The notes: a model not told the origin generated them from the letters alone. Positions 48,040-61,296 are shown, counted from the whole stretch's first letter. The stretch is 63,950 nucleotides of DNA, filler included, from Octopus bimaculoides (GCF_001194135.2; 5 parts of 5 records of this genome joined end to end with filler, not necessarily neighbours in it), one strand, 5' to 3'. Made by a program: numbers and translations.

Positions 48040-48413
48040 TAATAATAATAATAATAATAATGTAGTAGCAGCAAATCTCCACGTTAAGTTAAATTTATAG
48101 CTTACTAGCCCGTTGCAATACTGAACTATAATCGCCATCTAACTGTAACATTAATATACGAGAGACCATAAATATCTAGAAAGCTCCTTGATATCTTCAG
48201 ATTATGTCCCCATTTCTAACATGTTTATGCGAAAAGTATTAGATAAGACGAAAAATAAAAACATTAGAGAGAATACGTAGTGCTGGTTGTAGTATTTTAT
48301 TGGCGTTTTATAGTGCGTTTAAATTTGATGGCTGATAAAAACGTGCGTTATAGTATTGAAGTCATACATTTTGATTGTATACGGGCTTGCAAACAGAATG
48401 TATACATATATAT

Positions 48414-48444
<31 letters not shown>

Positions 48445-50169
48445 AACATGCACATATATTTACGTATATTTACGTATATTTACGTATATATACATATGTA
48501 TGTATGTATGTATGTATGTATTAGATCAAATAGTGGAAAGAGTGGGTATTTTCGAAAAAAACATGAATTTTTTATGTAGGATTACGAGCTGATTGAAAAT
48601 GCACCGCCAGCATAGTGAACAAGGGAACCTTCGTCCTCAATATCTGCAGACGTGTTCAATTTCATCAGCGGTGCCACATGTGTAAAGAGTTCTTAATGGT
48701 TTTATAACTCACCCAGGATTTCTTTATTATCAGTCCTTTCTCACCTATATCTCTACCATACTTATGTCTAAGTGCTTTTTCCTTCCCTCTATAGTTCACA
48801 AATTACTGCCCGTAAAATAGTCATTTTGCCCCAGACCCACGCCATTGTTAAAATTGTTCGGGGATGGCAGTATTTCGTGTACCGGTTCAAAAGGGATAGC
48901 ACATTAGATCAGCTTCGTTGTGCGCAAAACATTTCAAATGTGATGCCTTAACTCGGCTCTCTCCTTGATGCCCGTGATGATCATGCACATTTTCTGCGTT
49001 TTGTTTTTTTTTCAGTTGCTTCGGAGTTTTATTAGCTTCCTCTAACTTCCAGAGTTCTGAGCGATGTCTATGACTGGGGTAGTTCAACCATTACGAAACA
49101 CCAGTACCTGATAGTCCACTGACGTTTCTGGAGTGAGGGTATTGAAATCCATCAGTGAAAATCCATCAGTGAAAATCCGTTCAAATCTGCCGGAATGTGT
49201 TAAGAATGGATACATACATCATTGTTTTCCTTCTCGCTGTTTTGCATACTCATAATGATTTGTTTTCTCTTGTTGTCCAAAAAAATTGCTCCATATGAAA
49301 ATATTTTTGGCGGATTTATATTTTATGGCAATACTATCATGGGATACACTCGCTCGCACTCACACAGATACAGACACAGACAGACAGTCACACAGACAAG
49401 CAAACAGATAGACAGACAGACATATATACACACACACACACACAATAGCAACAGCAACAATAATCACTTTTCCTTTTATTCTCTACAATGGACTATTCAT
49501 TCATAACAAGTTACAAGAATGGTTTATATAATATGTGGGGGCAGACATAGCTATACAAAAGCGAGAAGTTTGGGTAAAAGCATTGTTGAGTCATTAAAAT
49601 AAAGCATGGAAAATTACAGAAAATAAATAAATATAAATATATGTAAGAAGTATAACCCACTCAAACAAAAGTGAGAAACCTTAAATGCTAATGGCGACGG
49701 CAATTACTGTAATGAAGGAAATAGGTAAGTATATACTTGTGGCAGACGGAATTATGGTATACGTGAAATAATGGATACGGAAATCACATAGGCTTTCGTC
49801 CAACTAGCGATTCACCATTATTGATAAAAATTTCAACGGAAGATGCACGCTGAGCAAGAGTCCAAACCATGATGGTAACTAAACAAAAACCAGTAAAACA
49901 TTAGTTACATGAAGACACTATTATCATCAACGCCACACCAGTGGCTGTCTAAAATATGGGAGGTCTTTCGTCGCACCCTGGAATAGAGTGGTGAATAAAT
50001 CGATATATCGAATTTGAAGTCTCTGTCTCTTTTGAATATGAAAATTTAAAAGTTTAAAAACCTTATAATATAAATATAAACTGTGAGAACGACCCTTAAG
50101 GAATCTAGTTAATGATCTCCTAAGGTAAGTTCTTATGCTATATTGGTAACGGTTGCTACATCCTCTGGA

Positions 50170-50200
<31 letters not shown>

Positions 50201-51137
50201 CAGAGTGCGTCAGTTTTTTGAGAACGCCTTTTTCANNNNNNNNNNNNNNNNNNNNNNNNNNNNNNNNNNNNNNNNNNNNNNNNNAACTTCTTTTTACCTT
50301 CTTTTTCGGATAAATAATGTCAGAAATCATTCTGCAAATGAAAGACATATTGTAATCGTTGCCTTAAAAGTGCAGCATAATGATTCAGAGACAGCTCGTT
50401 TCTTGAAGTCGCCCGATTCTTCGTTGCTTGAAAGGAGCTGGAAGGTGATGACGGTCATCCGACATCAGCAAATAAACGCAAAATGCACGCAAAGTTTCCA
50501 AATACCATTATAACACATAACTTTGTACAAAACACTCAAGAAATAATCCATAAAAACATCGGAAAGTCAATTAAAGAACCTCAAGGCTTCAGAATGCACC
50601 ACCAGAAGAGTTGTACACGAAAACATCCGGTACAAGTTGTATGTGCTGCGAAGGGGTTAGTTTATGTCGGATGTAACAAGAGACAATCGCTTGATCCGTA
50701 CAAAGCGCTTGTTAAATAAATTAAAACACCTGGAGGCTAGAATGCTTTGGTTTTTCGCCTATGATAAAAATTTCGATCAGGACCAAACGCTAAATCGAAT
50801 GAACGACATAGTTACGTAGAGATCCAAATAAGGTTCTAACGGTCATGCATACTAAGTTTCTAGCAACTGCGATGGTTCTGGGAGTTGTTACCAACAAAGG
50901 AGATGTCATACCTCGTCACTTTTTTTCACAGGACTTAAGATTCATTGCCGCTGTCTACACAGCGGTGTTCGAGAAAGTTTTGAGGCCCTTAATAGACAGA
51001 ATACACAACTGAAGGCTGTATATCGTCTCATGAGGCTAAGACAACCTAAGCGTGAATGTGTGCCAATCTCCATGATCATGTTCTAAACACATGACCACCT
51101 AGCTCACCAGACCTCAAACACTTGGACGAACTATGTG
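50201..51137 (+). mobile_element. Tc1/mariner superfamily, maT (DD37D)-like transposase remnant
   Basis: Frameshifted peptides RHIVIVALK..HNDSETARFLK, LLNKLKH..RMLWFF.YDKNFDQDQ, HTKF.ATAMVLGVVTNKGDVIPRHFFSQDL and PPSSPDLKHLD. Starts CAGAGTG after (TA)n. Confidence 0.8.
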
Positions 51138-51539
51138 TCAGTACGACCTTACCTGACGACGTCGGTCGGCAGACTGATTACCGAGGGTCGTACCAAGTGG
51201 CTTCTAGCGGCGGAAGCCTGAACTACAACGGACTTGTCTCAGAGAGAACGGTTCCGGTTACTTTTGGGTACCCCCTCGTATACACACACACATAAATATA
51301 TGGAGCACACACGCACACATCACTCCATACAGCGTATGTACGTGTTTACTCATACAGAGTAAACACATACTCGTAGTATTTACTCACAGGCGCTCCCATA
51401 CGTACACATATGTACGCGTGCTGCCATATGTACTCACACACATACGCTCACATAATCACATGCTTGCGCACACATTCATAGAAAGGTGCTCGTCCATACA
51501 TACACATACACTTACACATATCATCACTTGCACACACAC

Positions 51540-51790
51540 ACTTTAGCCGCCAGGTTACTGCTATGTGCTCTTCCATTCAACCACTTCCCTCCAGTCAATT
51601 TGACATGCGAAACCGTTAATCCAGACACGATTTTTTCTTCTCCGTTTTCTTTCCTCATTCTTTTCTCTCGAAGACAGTAAGCTCGAAACGTCAAAGACTT
51701 TTCCATTTCTCCTGAGCTTCAAACAAACACATCTTGTTTGTTGCTCTCTCACCCGTCTCTGTCTATTTTTTGTTGTCGTTTGTACATTTC
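51540..51790 (+). mobile_element. Penelope-type 3' terminal remnant with a decayed hammerhead-like motif at 51659-51697
   Basis: TCTTT t ctctcga A GAC-AGTAA-GCTC GAAA C GTC AAAGA. Stem I TCTTT/AAAGA and GAAACGUC are intact; the CUGANGA box is corrupted. Confidence 0.45.
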
Positions 51791-52339
51791 AACCATATAT
51801 ACATGTATGTATGTATAAACAAATAAATGAATTACCACTTAAGACATTTTAGTAGAATAATTTATTTATTTTTACAAGGAAAAGGTTGATAGGGACATCG
51901 AAGTTTCGGTTTACTAGCCATCAATAGATGATGTAATCCTAGATACACAAAGAAAGTGAAAAAGAAGGTGGGATAGTCACCGACTATCAAAAATCTACTT
52001 GATCAGAACAGCTCAGGGGGATAAACAGTAAGATCATCATTATCTATAACAGCAACAGCAACATAAAAGGTATTTCAAATGAGTACTTCAAAGCACCTTT
52101 ATTTTATTACTATTTCACCTCTAGTTCCAATACGGCAGTAACAGCTTTGAAATGGAGCTTCTTTCTTCCTCCATCTCCTCTCTGCTTCCACTACCACTCT
52201 TCGCACTAAACGACCTTCGTCTATTTTTCCTGGTATATCCTCATAAAATACATACGTAAATACGGACCTACGTACAAACAAACGACGTTTATACGCTCTC
52301 TCTATTTGACGCACACACTCACACACATATATAAACACA

Positions 52340-52407
<68 letters not shown>

Positions 52408-52661
52408 NNNNNNNNNNNNNNNNNNNNNNNNNNNNNNNNNNNNNNNNNNNNNNNNNNNNNNNNNNNNNNNNNNNNNNNNNNNNNNNNNNNNNNNNNNNNN
52501 NNNNNNNNNNNNNNNNNNNNNNNNNNNNNNNNNNNNNNNNNNNNNNNNNNNNNNNNNNNNNNNNNNNNNNNNNNNNNNNNNNNNNNNNNNNNNNNNNNNN
52601 NAGAAGAAGAAGAAGAAGAAGAAGAAGAAGAAGAAGAAGAAGAAGAAGATAATCATCTTTA

Positions 52662-52872
52662 TTAAGGCGGTGAGCTGGCAGAATCGTTAGCACGCCGGGC
52701 AAAATGCTTAGCGGCATTTCGTCCGTCATTTGAGTTCAAATTCTGCCGAGGTCGACTTTAATTTCATCCTTTCGGGGTCGATAAATTAAGTATCACTAAA
52801 ACACTGGGGTCGATGTAATCGACTAGTCCCTTCCCCAGAAATTTCAAGCCTTGTACCTAAAGTAGAAAGAGT
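52662..52872 (+). mobile_element. tRNA-derived SINE, family C, near full length
   Basis: A-box-like TGGCAGAATCG and B-box-like GAGTTCAAATTC, body CCTTTCGGGGTCGATAAATTAAG, followed by an (ATT/ATC)n tail. Confidence 0.9.
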
Positions 52873-53614
52873 TATTATCATCATTATTATCATTAAAAAC
52901 AGCAACAACAGCAGCAGTAACAAATGAAAGGCCCTGCAATAGTACATCTGAGATTTGTATGTTGTTATTTCCTCTTCCGGGGTTCAAAATAAGAACAAAA
53001 ATATCGAAACAAACACATACGTGCACACATACAAATGCTCATGTACACGCATGCACACACACACACACGCAGACACACAAATAATATATACATATTACAC
53101 ATAGATACACGCAAGCACACACACACACAATATACTTACGAACGTACCTTTATGTGCTTAACGACAAAATCGCGTTTGCACTGATTTCTAATTAAGACAT
53201 AAAAATAGAAGGGGAGCGAGAGAGAGAGAGGGGGGAGTAGGGGGAAAAAGCAACAATGAATTATTTGGCTTATGTTCTAACATAGAAAGAATAACGGCAG
53301 CGATGTTTGCTAGAGGTCAGCATGACCCAGGATTTAGACATAGCTGAGTGATTAAATAGTCGGGTTGTTACTGGATTCGATCCAAGATAAAAGTTTTTGT
53401 CATAATCTTTGACCTACGCTAGCATTGTAAGTGTGTTTGGAAAGACAGAAAGTTTTGCCAATTGACATCTGTAATTTACGTGATTAATAGTTAAACATTT
53501 CAGTTTAAATATAAGTTAAATTTGAAGAAATATCAGAATTAGTTCTTACTCTGTACAGGTTCAGACTACTGTTCAACAATGTATCGCTGACTGAAAACTG
53601 CTAACCCTACTGCA

Positions 53615-55030
53615 ATGTTTAGTGATCCCAGTCGAGGCTCTTCTTTGCCAAGTTTTAACCGTGCAAATTTAACAGAAAAACAATCACAAGTATGCGAAGT
53701 AGCAAACAAAGAAATTCAGGAGACATTAGATAAAGAGACAACAACAGTTTTACGTGATGAGAAACGCAAACGAGGTGAATACACAAAATTCACTACAACA
53801 GAACAATCAGACATAGTTAGATACCCAATACAACACGGCAATATGGCAGATACCCGTCATTTTGATAAAATATACGGTTGCCCTGTGTCTGAATCTACTA
53901 TTCGTGGTTACGTCAAGAAATTGAAAAATGAATTAAAGTCTACTAAAAACATTGATGATGTATTTGAGTTACCACCAGCAAAACGCGGCAGACCACTTCT
54001 TCTGGGCGAAGATCTCGACAATCATATGATACATAATATCAAGAGTCTTCATGATAGTGGTTCGATTGTTTCTAAACCTATTGTGATGGCTTGAGCTCTC
54101 GGCATCGTGAAAAATCAAGACCATACTCAACTCAAAGAATATGGAAGTCCCATCGACATCTCTGACTCATTGGCTAAATCCATACTGAAACGCATGGGCT
54201 TCGTCAAACGCAAAGGCACTAAAGCATCAAAAACCCTGCCATCAAACTTCAAAAACATTAAAGATGACTTCCTCGATCGTGTACAGACTATCGTTGAAAA
54301 GCATAAAATCCTCCCATCTATGATTGTCAACTTTGACCAGACTGGTCTTACTATCATCCCCGTCAAAGAATGGACTATGGAGCAGCAAGGTGCCAAAACA
54401 AGTACCAATATACGGAGCAAACAACAAACGCCAGATAACTGTAGTACTCAGAACATCAGCAACTGGAACATTTTTACCCTTGCAACTCATCTACCAAGGG
54501 AAAACAGACTCTTGTCATCCTTCATTCAAATTCCCCAAAGATTAGAATACTATTCATTCTGAAAACCAGAGGACTACTGTAAACACTATGGTCATCTACA
54601 TTAAGAACATTCTTGGTCCATACTTCGAAGATCAGTGAGAAAAATTCAACCTCCCACTTGCACAGAAAGATCTAGTCCTTTTACATGTTTTCAAAGTTAA
54701 TCAGACAGCAACCGTTCAGTCTGCACCCAAGTCGCAAGGACTTGAATTTTTTTACATCCCTGCTTCATACAGAAGCGAACTCCAGCTTCTTGATATTAGT
54801 GGTAACCATTTTTTCAAACAACAATTAAAAGAAAAATTCATTTTATGGTATGCAGATGAAGTTACCTCACAGTTAAATTCCGGTAAATCTGCAGATAATG
54901 TTAATGTTGATTTAAAATTTTCAATTGTAAAACCATTGCATGCTAAATGGGTTTTGTCATCATTTAATTGTATATCTAAACATAAAATATTTTGTTGAAA
55001 GGTTGGAAAGAAACAGGTGTACTTAATGTT
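53615..55030 (+). pseudogene. pogo-like (DDE_1 family) transposase pseudogene
   Basis: N-terminal DNA-binding region (RGEYTKFT...SESTIRG, KRGRPLLLG), KSILKRMGFVKRKGTK, NFDQTGL..IP, KRQITVV, LPLQLIYQGKT, LHVF (LD-like) and ELQLLDISGN. Stop at 54092-54094, a frameshift near 54400 and further stops. Confidence 0.88.
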
Positions 55031-55759
55031 TTTCAAAACATAAACATATAACAAAGAATTGTTGATTTTCTTACCTTAGGTTTCTCCTCAAAATATTTTA
55101 TGAAAATGACTGAAACTTATTACCGTTTGGAATTAAATTTCGCGGAATTTATTTTCCCGAATATGTCAGCCTCACGAATTTCCCGAAATTAAATTCCTCA
55201 TGAACATTTCATACTTTTGAGTGTATGAAAAACTAAGAGATAATTCTTTTTCCAAAAGAAAAAGAATCTATATGACAGGCGATGTTTATTTTCGGTTCTC
55301 ACAAGACACTGGACTATTATTATTGCAGGAAATTATAATCTACAGGGGACAGGGAATTTGAAATCAACTTGTTCAGACCAGTAAAATAATCTTGAATTAT
55401 ATATATCTCCACCCGCTGCTTAAAGCAGTGGAATCTTCTACGATTTTCTTTTAACTAGTATTTTCTTTCTCTAAAGGAAAGCATTTTTTATTCTGTTGCT
55501 TTTACTTTTTACCTCCACCCCCACCCCCACCTACACACTATTATCATTATAAATATTCTTGTCAAATTCCACACAAGATAACGTAGTCTGCTTCCAGTAA
55601 CCGACTCCCTGTATAATGATTCTCTTTATGCTAAACACATACTCTGGTACATGACTCGCTAGTTTTATCTTCCAGTCTGAGCAGACATTATTGATATATA
55701 TTGCATTGAACACTTGCTATCTTGTACTACCTTAAAGTGAGTTTGTGGTAACATAAAAT

Positions 55760-56590
55760 TAAACAAGGGTGCGTACATGCTCCAGCACTGTTCTCCCATC
55801 TCGCAGCAATGTTAGAAGTTGTCTTTGAAGGAAATTGAGAGGGTTTACATCCAGACGCAGCATGATGCTGATCTGTTCAATGCTGCACAGTATAAAGCCA
55901 AGACGCGCACTACGAAGGCCCTAGTACGAGAGATGCTGTTCGCTGATGATAGTGTGCTGGTTGCCCACAGCGCTGAAGATATGCAGAAACTGGCAGGTAA
56001 CTTTGCCAGAGCTGCACAACAGTTCAGATTTTAGACCAATATCAGAAAAATCGAATGCCCTTACCAACCTGTGGAGAACCTAAAATACTTCAGTTTTGAA
56101 CAAGAAATGCTGGCTCTGTGCAAAACATTCAAATACCTAGGTAGCACCATCTCAGATAATGCATGACTGAACAAGGAAATCACATACAGAATGAACAAAG
56201 CTAATGCTTCATTTGGCAGACTGCAGGAGAGTCTTTGGAAAAATAGACGTTTCTATAAGTGTCAAATTTAAAGTGTACTAGTGCTTTCTTCTCTGCTGCA
56301 TGGAGCTGAAACCTGGACAGTCTATAAAGCTCAAGCAGACATGTTACGTGCATATATGATGAGACAGCTACGACAAATTATGTTATTACTCTCTTTGGCA
56401 AGGACAGGAATGAAGAGACCCTACGGCGTACAGGTCTGCTCTTATGATAAAAATCTGCAGTCATAGAAATTCATGCTGGTTGGGTCACGTACACAGGATG
56501 GACATCAACAGACTCCCCAGAAAAATTCTTTACTCCCATCTATGCAAGGGGAAAAGAAACCATGGAACCTAGACTGAGATTCAAAGATAT
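55760..56590 (+). mobile_element. RTE-clade LINE RT C-terminal half, decayed
   Basis: Peptides KQGCVHAPALF, LVREMLFADDSVLVAHS, FKYLGSTISD, EITYRMNKANASFGRL, VLSSLLHGAETWT and RWLGHV-like ..WLGHVHRMDINRLP. Confidence 0.88.
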
Positions 56591-58470
56591 TGCATTATAT
56601 TACCAAATGTTGCTTCTAACTTTTATGTGTAGTACTTATCCGATATACTCTTCTTCTATTCTTCCTCTGCCCCTAGTCACTATAACCCAAGTTTCTTTAT
56701 TTTCACAACTTCGTCGTTTGATGTGGTATCAGATTTAAGGTTGTAGTATCTAATTGAAGTTGTGAAGGAGAGAGAAAGAGTGGGAGAGAAAAGGAGAACG
56801 AGGAGAATAAGAGAGAAATATTCCTCTATAGTTCTTTTGATACTGAATGGGATTGTCTTTTTTCTTCTGTTACAAGTTTCTGGGATGTAACAACAGTAGC
56901 GAGTTTTGTTCGTGTTTGTTAATGTGGTTTCCCTTGATTTTGTTCCGATTTTTCTACTTTTTTGTTGTGTATATTATTGTTCCCCAAAACTGCTGGTCTT
57001 CCCCAAAATTGCTGGCCTTGTACTAAACTTTGAAGCCATTTTAGGAGTCGAGAGCTTTTAAATATTCTCCATCACCACGGATGAAATAACCGGCATTTCT
57101 ACCTTGGACAACCAGCCTTTGATGAGTAGTACAATTGAGAAGGTTCTGTGCTTCTTTAGTTTCATCATCAGGTGGATATACAAATTCATCTACTTTGAGC
57201 CGTTAAATTTGTCGATGATGGTTTGAGGCATATACATCCAAATCACATATTTATGCAATTCTGTGCATAAAGGTTTTGAGTTATATATATATATATATNN
57301 NNNNNNNNNNNNNNNNNNNNNNNNNNNNNNTATATATTTGTCTGCCAAAATATATGAAACAGGATAACAAGCTAATTATGTGCTATGTACTGATCTGTTT
57401 GTATACTAAAGCTTCATAAGATCTTTAAATTGACATTTTGGAAGACAGATATGAATTCATAAAGTACAACAGGATGTTTTTTTTAAGGAATTAAAACCGA
57501 GTAGCCAGCGTATATTTCACAATTTCGCTATTAAGATTTATAATGTATATTCTAATATGAAACAGTGCTCAAGGTAATATTGTGTCCTACAGAAACTTCT
57601 TTTGAAAGGCTTTGTATGTTAAAAATCCAGAGCTCGCTCAGAATGTCGTCGTCGGATTATCAGATATTGGTGCTTCGACTTGATTTGTTCTCCTCAATGA
57701 TGAACAGCCCAGATATCCTGAGCTACGTCAGATGCTGGTGGCAACCAATTCAAACTGAATAAGGTTTGAATTGGTTGCATTGTTTCAGAAAATATAGAGC
57801 ATAGATGATATTTCTCAGCTTCAATATAGCAATTACAGATACTCCAATTAAAGAACCTTGTGGTGAAGGTATGTTCTTCCTTGTATGACTTCTACTATTC
57901 CATTCTGCTTGTTTTTGTTGATCCAGTCCAGGATTACATATGTTCGTTTATGCATGCTTGAAACAGTAATGGTTGTCTAAGCCGGGTACTCCTTATAGTT
58001 ACTTATAACAGTTAAATAAGTTCTTTTACAATATCACAAAACACATTATAACTTTGTGTAAATATGTTAAAGGCATATACTTGTAGCGTTCCCCTCGCAT
58101 TTTGCATACTATCTAAATTAGTTTTAAAATTGTTTTGAAATATTGTTTTCTCATTCACACCACTATGACCTATAGTTATACTTTCATTCACGTCAACAGA
58201 AGCCAAAATTGCTTCTATAGATATTTGTGGCTATGCATAGTTATGCACCTGTGACTACAATCCCCCATTCTATCACCATCGCTAAGTAAACAAGTCAGGC
58301 TATCAGGGATAGAACTAAAGATCTTCTGAACTTCAGTATAACAGCCCTACTACTGAGCTATTTCTACATCTCCTTCTGATTTGTTAATTTACTTTCACTT
58401 AAGCACAAAAAGTTTACTCTATGAAAGATGGTAAATAATGGGCGCAGAGAACTCATTCCAAACAAACAAC

Positions 58471-58654
58471 TACAGTATTTCAAGACCCACTTTATTGCAA
58501 AAATAAAAGTCTTAATACCCCAACCCCAGACTCCTATATGCAAAATTGAGCCTTTATCTTTTCATGCACTAAAAGTCTTTTCCTGAATATGCTCCGCTGA
58601 AATTGGAGTGCGTCTCATATGTCAGTGTGTCTTTTATGCCATCAAATATCGTTA
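58471..58654. mobile_element. Possible pogo/Tigger-type MITE remnant
   Basis: Right end GGAGTGCGTCTCATATGTCAGTGTGTCTTTTATGCCATCAAATATCGTTA resembles the GGTGCGTCTTATA..GGTGCGTCTTATA..AAATACGGTA terminus; left end TACAGTATTTCAAGACCCAC. Confidence 0.35.
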
Positions 58655-59840
58655 TACCGAAATAAAATGGTGCTTTGTTTTTACTTAGCTTAATACATTT
58701 CTCTTAAGTGATTTAAATTTGTCGGAAATCGGTACATTTATATGAATGATAAACATGATATTAACCAGGGTTTGTAAACATACACAAATACATATAGTCT
58801 AGATGTCCTACGCCAAACCTACACTGATTCCATAACCAGTGTCCTTGAGAGGATACTGCTGTGAAGTTTGTCTTGTCTGATTACAGCAAAAGCAAAAATC
58901 AAGTTTCTCTCATATGAAAAACAAGTAAACAAACAAAAAAAAAACACCACAACCATACCGCATCATTCTCACAAAACAGTGGAACTCAATAAGAACCCTT
59001 CCACAAGGAAATGCTGTTCCACTAGGACAGTACTACTGCTACGCACACAGATTGATTTTTTCAACTAACTCATACACATATATAAAAGTTATGAATTCTT
59101 TATAAAAAATTTTTATGAATAATCCTTCAAAGGGATGAAAGCGTCAAATAAATTATTTTTATCCAGATTCTGACTTCCGCCTTTCCCTTAATATATATAT
59201 GTATATATATATATATATATATATGTAAAATAAATTGTATACATACATGCTGATAGTGNNNNNNNNNNNNNNNNNNNNNNNNNNNNNNNNNNNNNNNNNN
59301 NNNNNNNNNNNNNNNNNNNNNNNNNNNNNNNNNNNNNNNNNNNNNNNNNNNNNNNNNNNNNNNNNNNNNNNNNNNNNNNNNNNNNNNNNNNNNNNNNNNN
59401 NNNNNNNNNNNNNNNNNNNNNNNNNNNNNNNNNNNNNNNNNNNNNNNNNNNNNNNNNNNNNNNNNNNNNNNNNNNNNNNNNNNNNNNNNNNNNNNNNNNN
59501 NNNNNNNNNNNNNNNNNNNNNNNNNNNNNNNNNNNNNNNNNNNNNNNNNNNNNNNNNNNNNNNNNNNNNNNNNNNNNNNNNNNNNNNNNNNNNNNNNNNN
59601 NNNNNNNNNNNNNNNNNNNNNNNNNNNNNNNNNNNNNNNNNNNNNNNNNNNNNNNNNNNNNNNNNNNNNNNNNNNNNNNNNNNNNNNNNNNNNNNNNNNN
59701 NNNNNNNNNNNNNNNNNNNNNNNNNNNNNNNNNNNNNNNNNNNNNNNNNNNNNNNNNNNNNNNNNNNNNNNNNNNNNNNNNNNNNNNNNNNNNNNNNNNN
59801 NNNNNNNNNNNNNNNNNNNNNNNNTATATATATATATATT

Positions 59841-59900
<60 letters not shown>

Positions 59901-59904
59901 TGTA

Positions 59905-60125
59905 TGTATTTGTGTGACTGTTTGTCCCTCCACCATCGCTTGACACCGATGTAGGTGTGTTTACATCCCCGTAACTTAGCAGTTCGGCAAATGTGGCCAA
60001 TAGAATAAGTACTAGGCTTACAAAGAATAAGTTCTGGAATCGGTTTGTTCGACTAAAGGCGATGCTCCAGCATAGCCGCAGTCAAATGACTGAAACAACT
60101 AAAAAGAGTAAAAAGAAAAGAAAAA
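59905..60125 (+). mobile_element. SINE family B, 3' half
   Basis: CCATCGCTTGACACCGATG...GACTAAAGGCGATGCTCCAGCATAGCCGCAGTCAAATGACTGAAAC. Confidence 0.9.
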
Positions 60126-60142
60126 AGAATATATATAATTAT

Positions 60143-60182
60143 ATAGGCGCAGGAGTGGCTGTGTGGTAAGTAGCTTGTTTAC
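60143..60182 (+). mobile_element. SINE family B head, abruptly interrupted
   Basis: ATAGGCGCAGGAGTGGCTGTGTGGTAAGTAGCTTGTTTAC followed by unrelated sequence. Confidence 0.85.
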
Positions 60183-60298
60183 TTCCGGTTTGCTCACTGC
60201 GCATGTGCGTCAGACTGGCTACTTGCCGTTAACGAAGATAGACATGGGTTTCGGCTCTGTCTAAAGAAAGAAAAATTGAAGAATTCGCCGGAGTAAGT
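60181..60298 (+). promoter_or_regulatory. Candidate Pol II promoter motifs plus splice donor
   Basis: ACTTCCGG (ETS-like, 60181-60188), TGCGCATGTGCG (NRF1-like, 60198-60209) and A|GTAAGT at 60293-60298. Motif matches only. Confidence 0.25.
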
Positions 60299-60617
60299 CG
60301 TTTTTGTTGCTCAGCTGGGCAGCAATTTATTGCTTCTATTTATTTTTTTAATAAATTGTTGTCCAGTGGTGTGGTATCTTCGCTTTCCTTGGCGAGTTTT
60401 TTGTGTGTTCGTTGTACGAACAAATTTTGTATTCGCTGTTNNNNNNNNNNNNNNNNNNNNNNNNNNNNNNNNNNNNNNNNNNNNTTAATTAATTAANNNN
60501 NNNNNNNNNNNNNNNNNNNNNNNNNNNNNNNNNNNNNNNNAGAGAGAGAGAGAGATGAGGAGGAGAGTTCTACAGCTCTGTTTTTCTCATTACGGAAGAA
60601 GGTAGCCTTTTGGGAAA

Positions 60618-60659
<42 letters not shown>

Positions 60660-61296
60660 CACCGATGACAGCATCACCATCACCATCAGCAACAATGACA
60701 GCATTAGACCCCACCTCCCACCACCACCATCATTAACACTTCTCACCCAAAACATGAGAGAGAGAGAGAGAGAGAGTACCAGCATGCACTCCCTCTCTCT
60801 CCCTCCCTCTTTCACTTTCTTTCTCTTTCTCATCTCTCTCTCTATATAACTCCCTTTGTCTCTCCCTCCCTCTGTCCCAGTGTCTTTCATCATCTCCCTC
60901 CCTCTCACCCCTTCTCTCTCTCTCTCTCCCCTCTCTCTCTTTCTCTCGTTCCCTTCCTTTTCTGCCCTCCCCTCAAGAAAAAAAAATTGTCACCGAATTG
61001 AGCCACATCCCTACTTCTGAGCGCAATAACTTATTTGATGTAAAAAAAAAAAATAANNNNNNNNNNAAAGGGAAGAGGGAGAGGAAGCGGTGGCAGACAG
61101 AGGAGGGGGAGAGCGCGAGGGGGGGGAAGAGAACTCACACGTTTAAACAGGAGTCTTGTCTTTCGTCCCCTCCCCCGGGCACTAATGTGACAATCAATTT
61201 GCAATCATTAAAAGAACTGTGTAAATGCTATTATCTAACGAGATATAAACCACTACTACTACTACTACAACACACACACACACATCGCGCGTGCGT

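Noticed and set aside
48990-49080. Polypyrimidine tract plus CAG resembling a splice acceptor
   Set aside because: All downstream frames close quickly and no matching donor or coding signal was found; no host exon is supportable.
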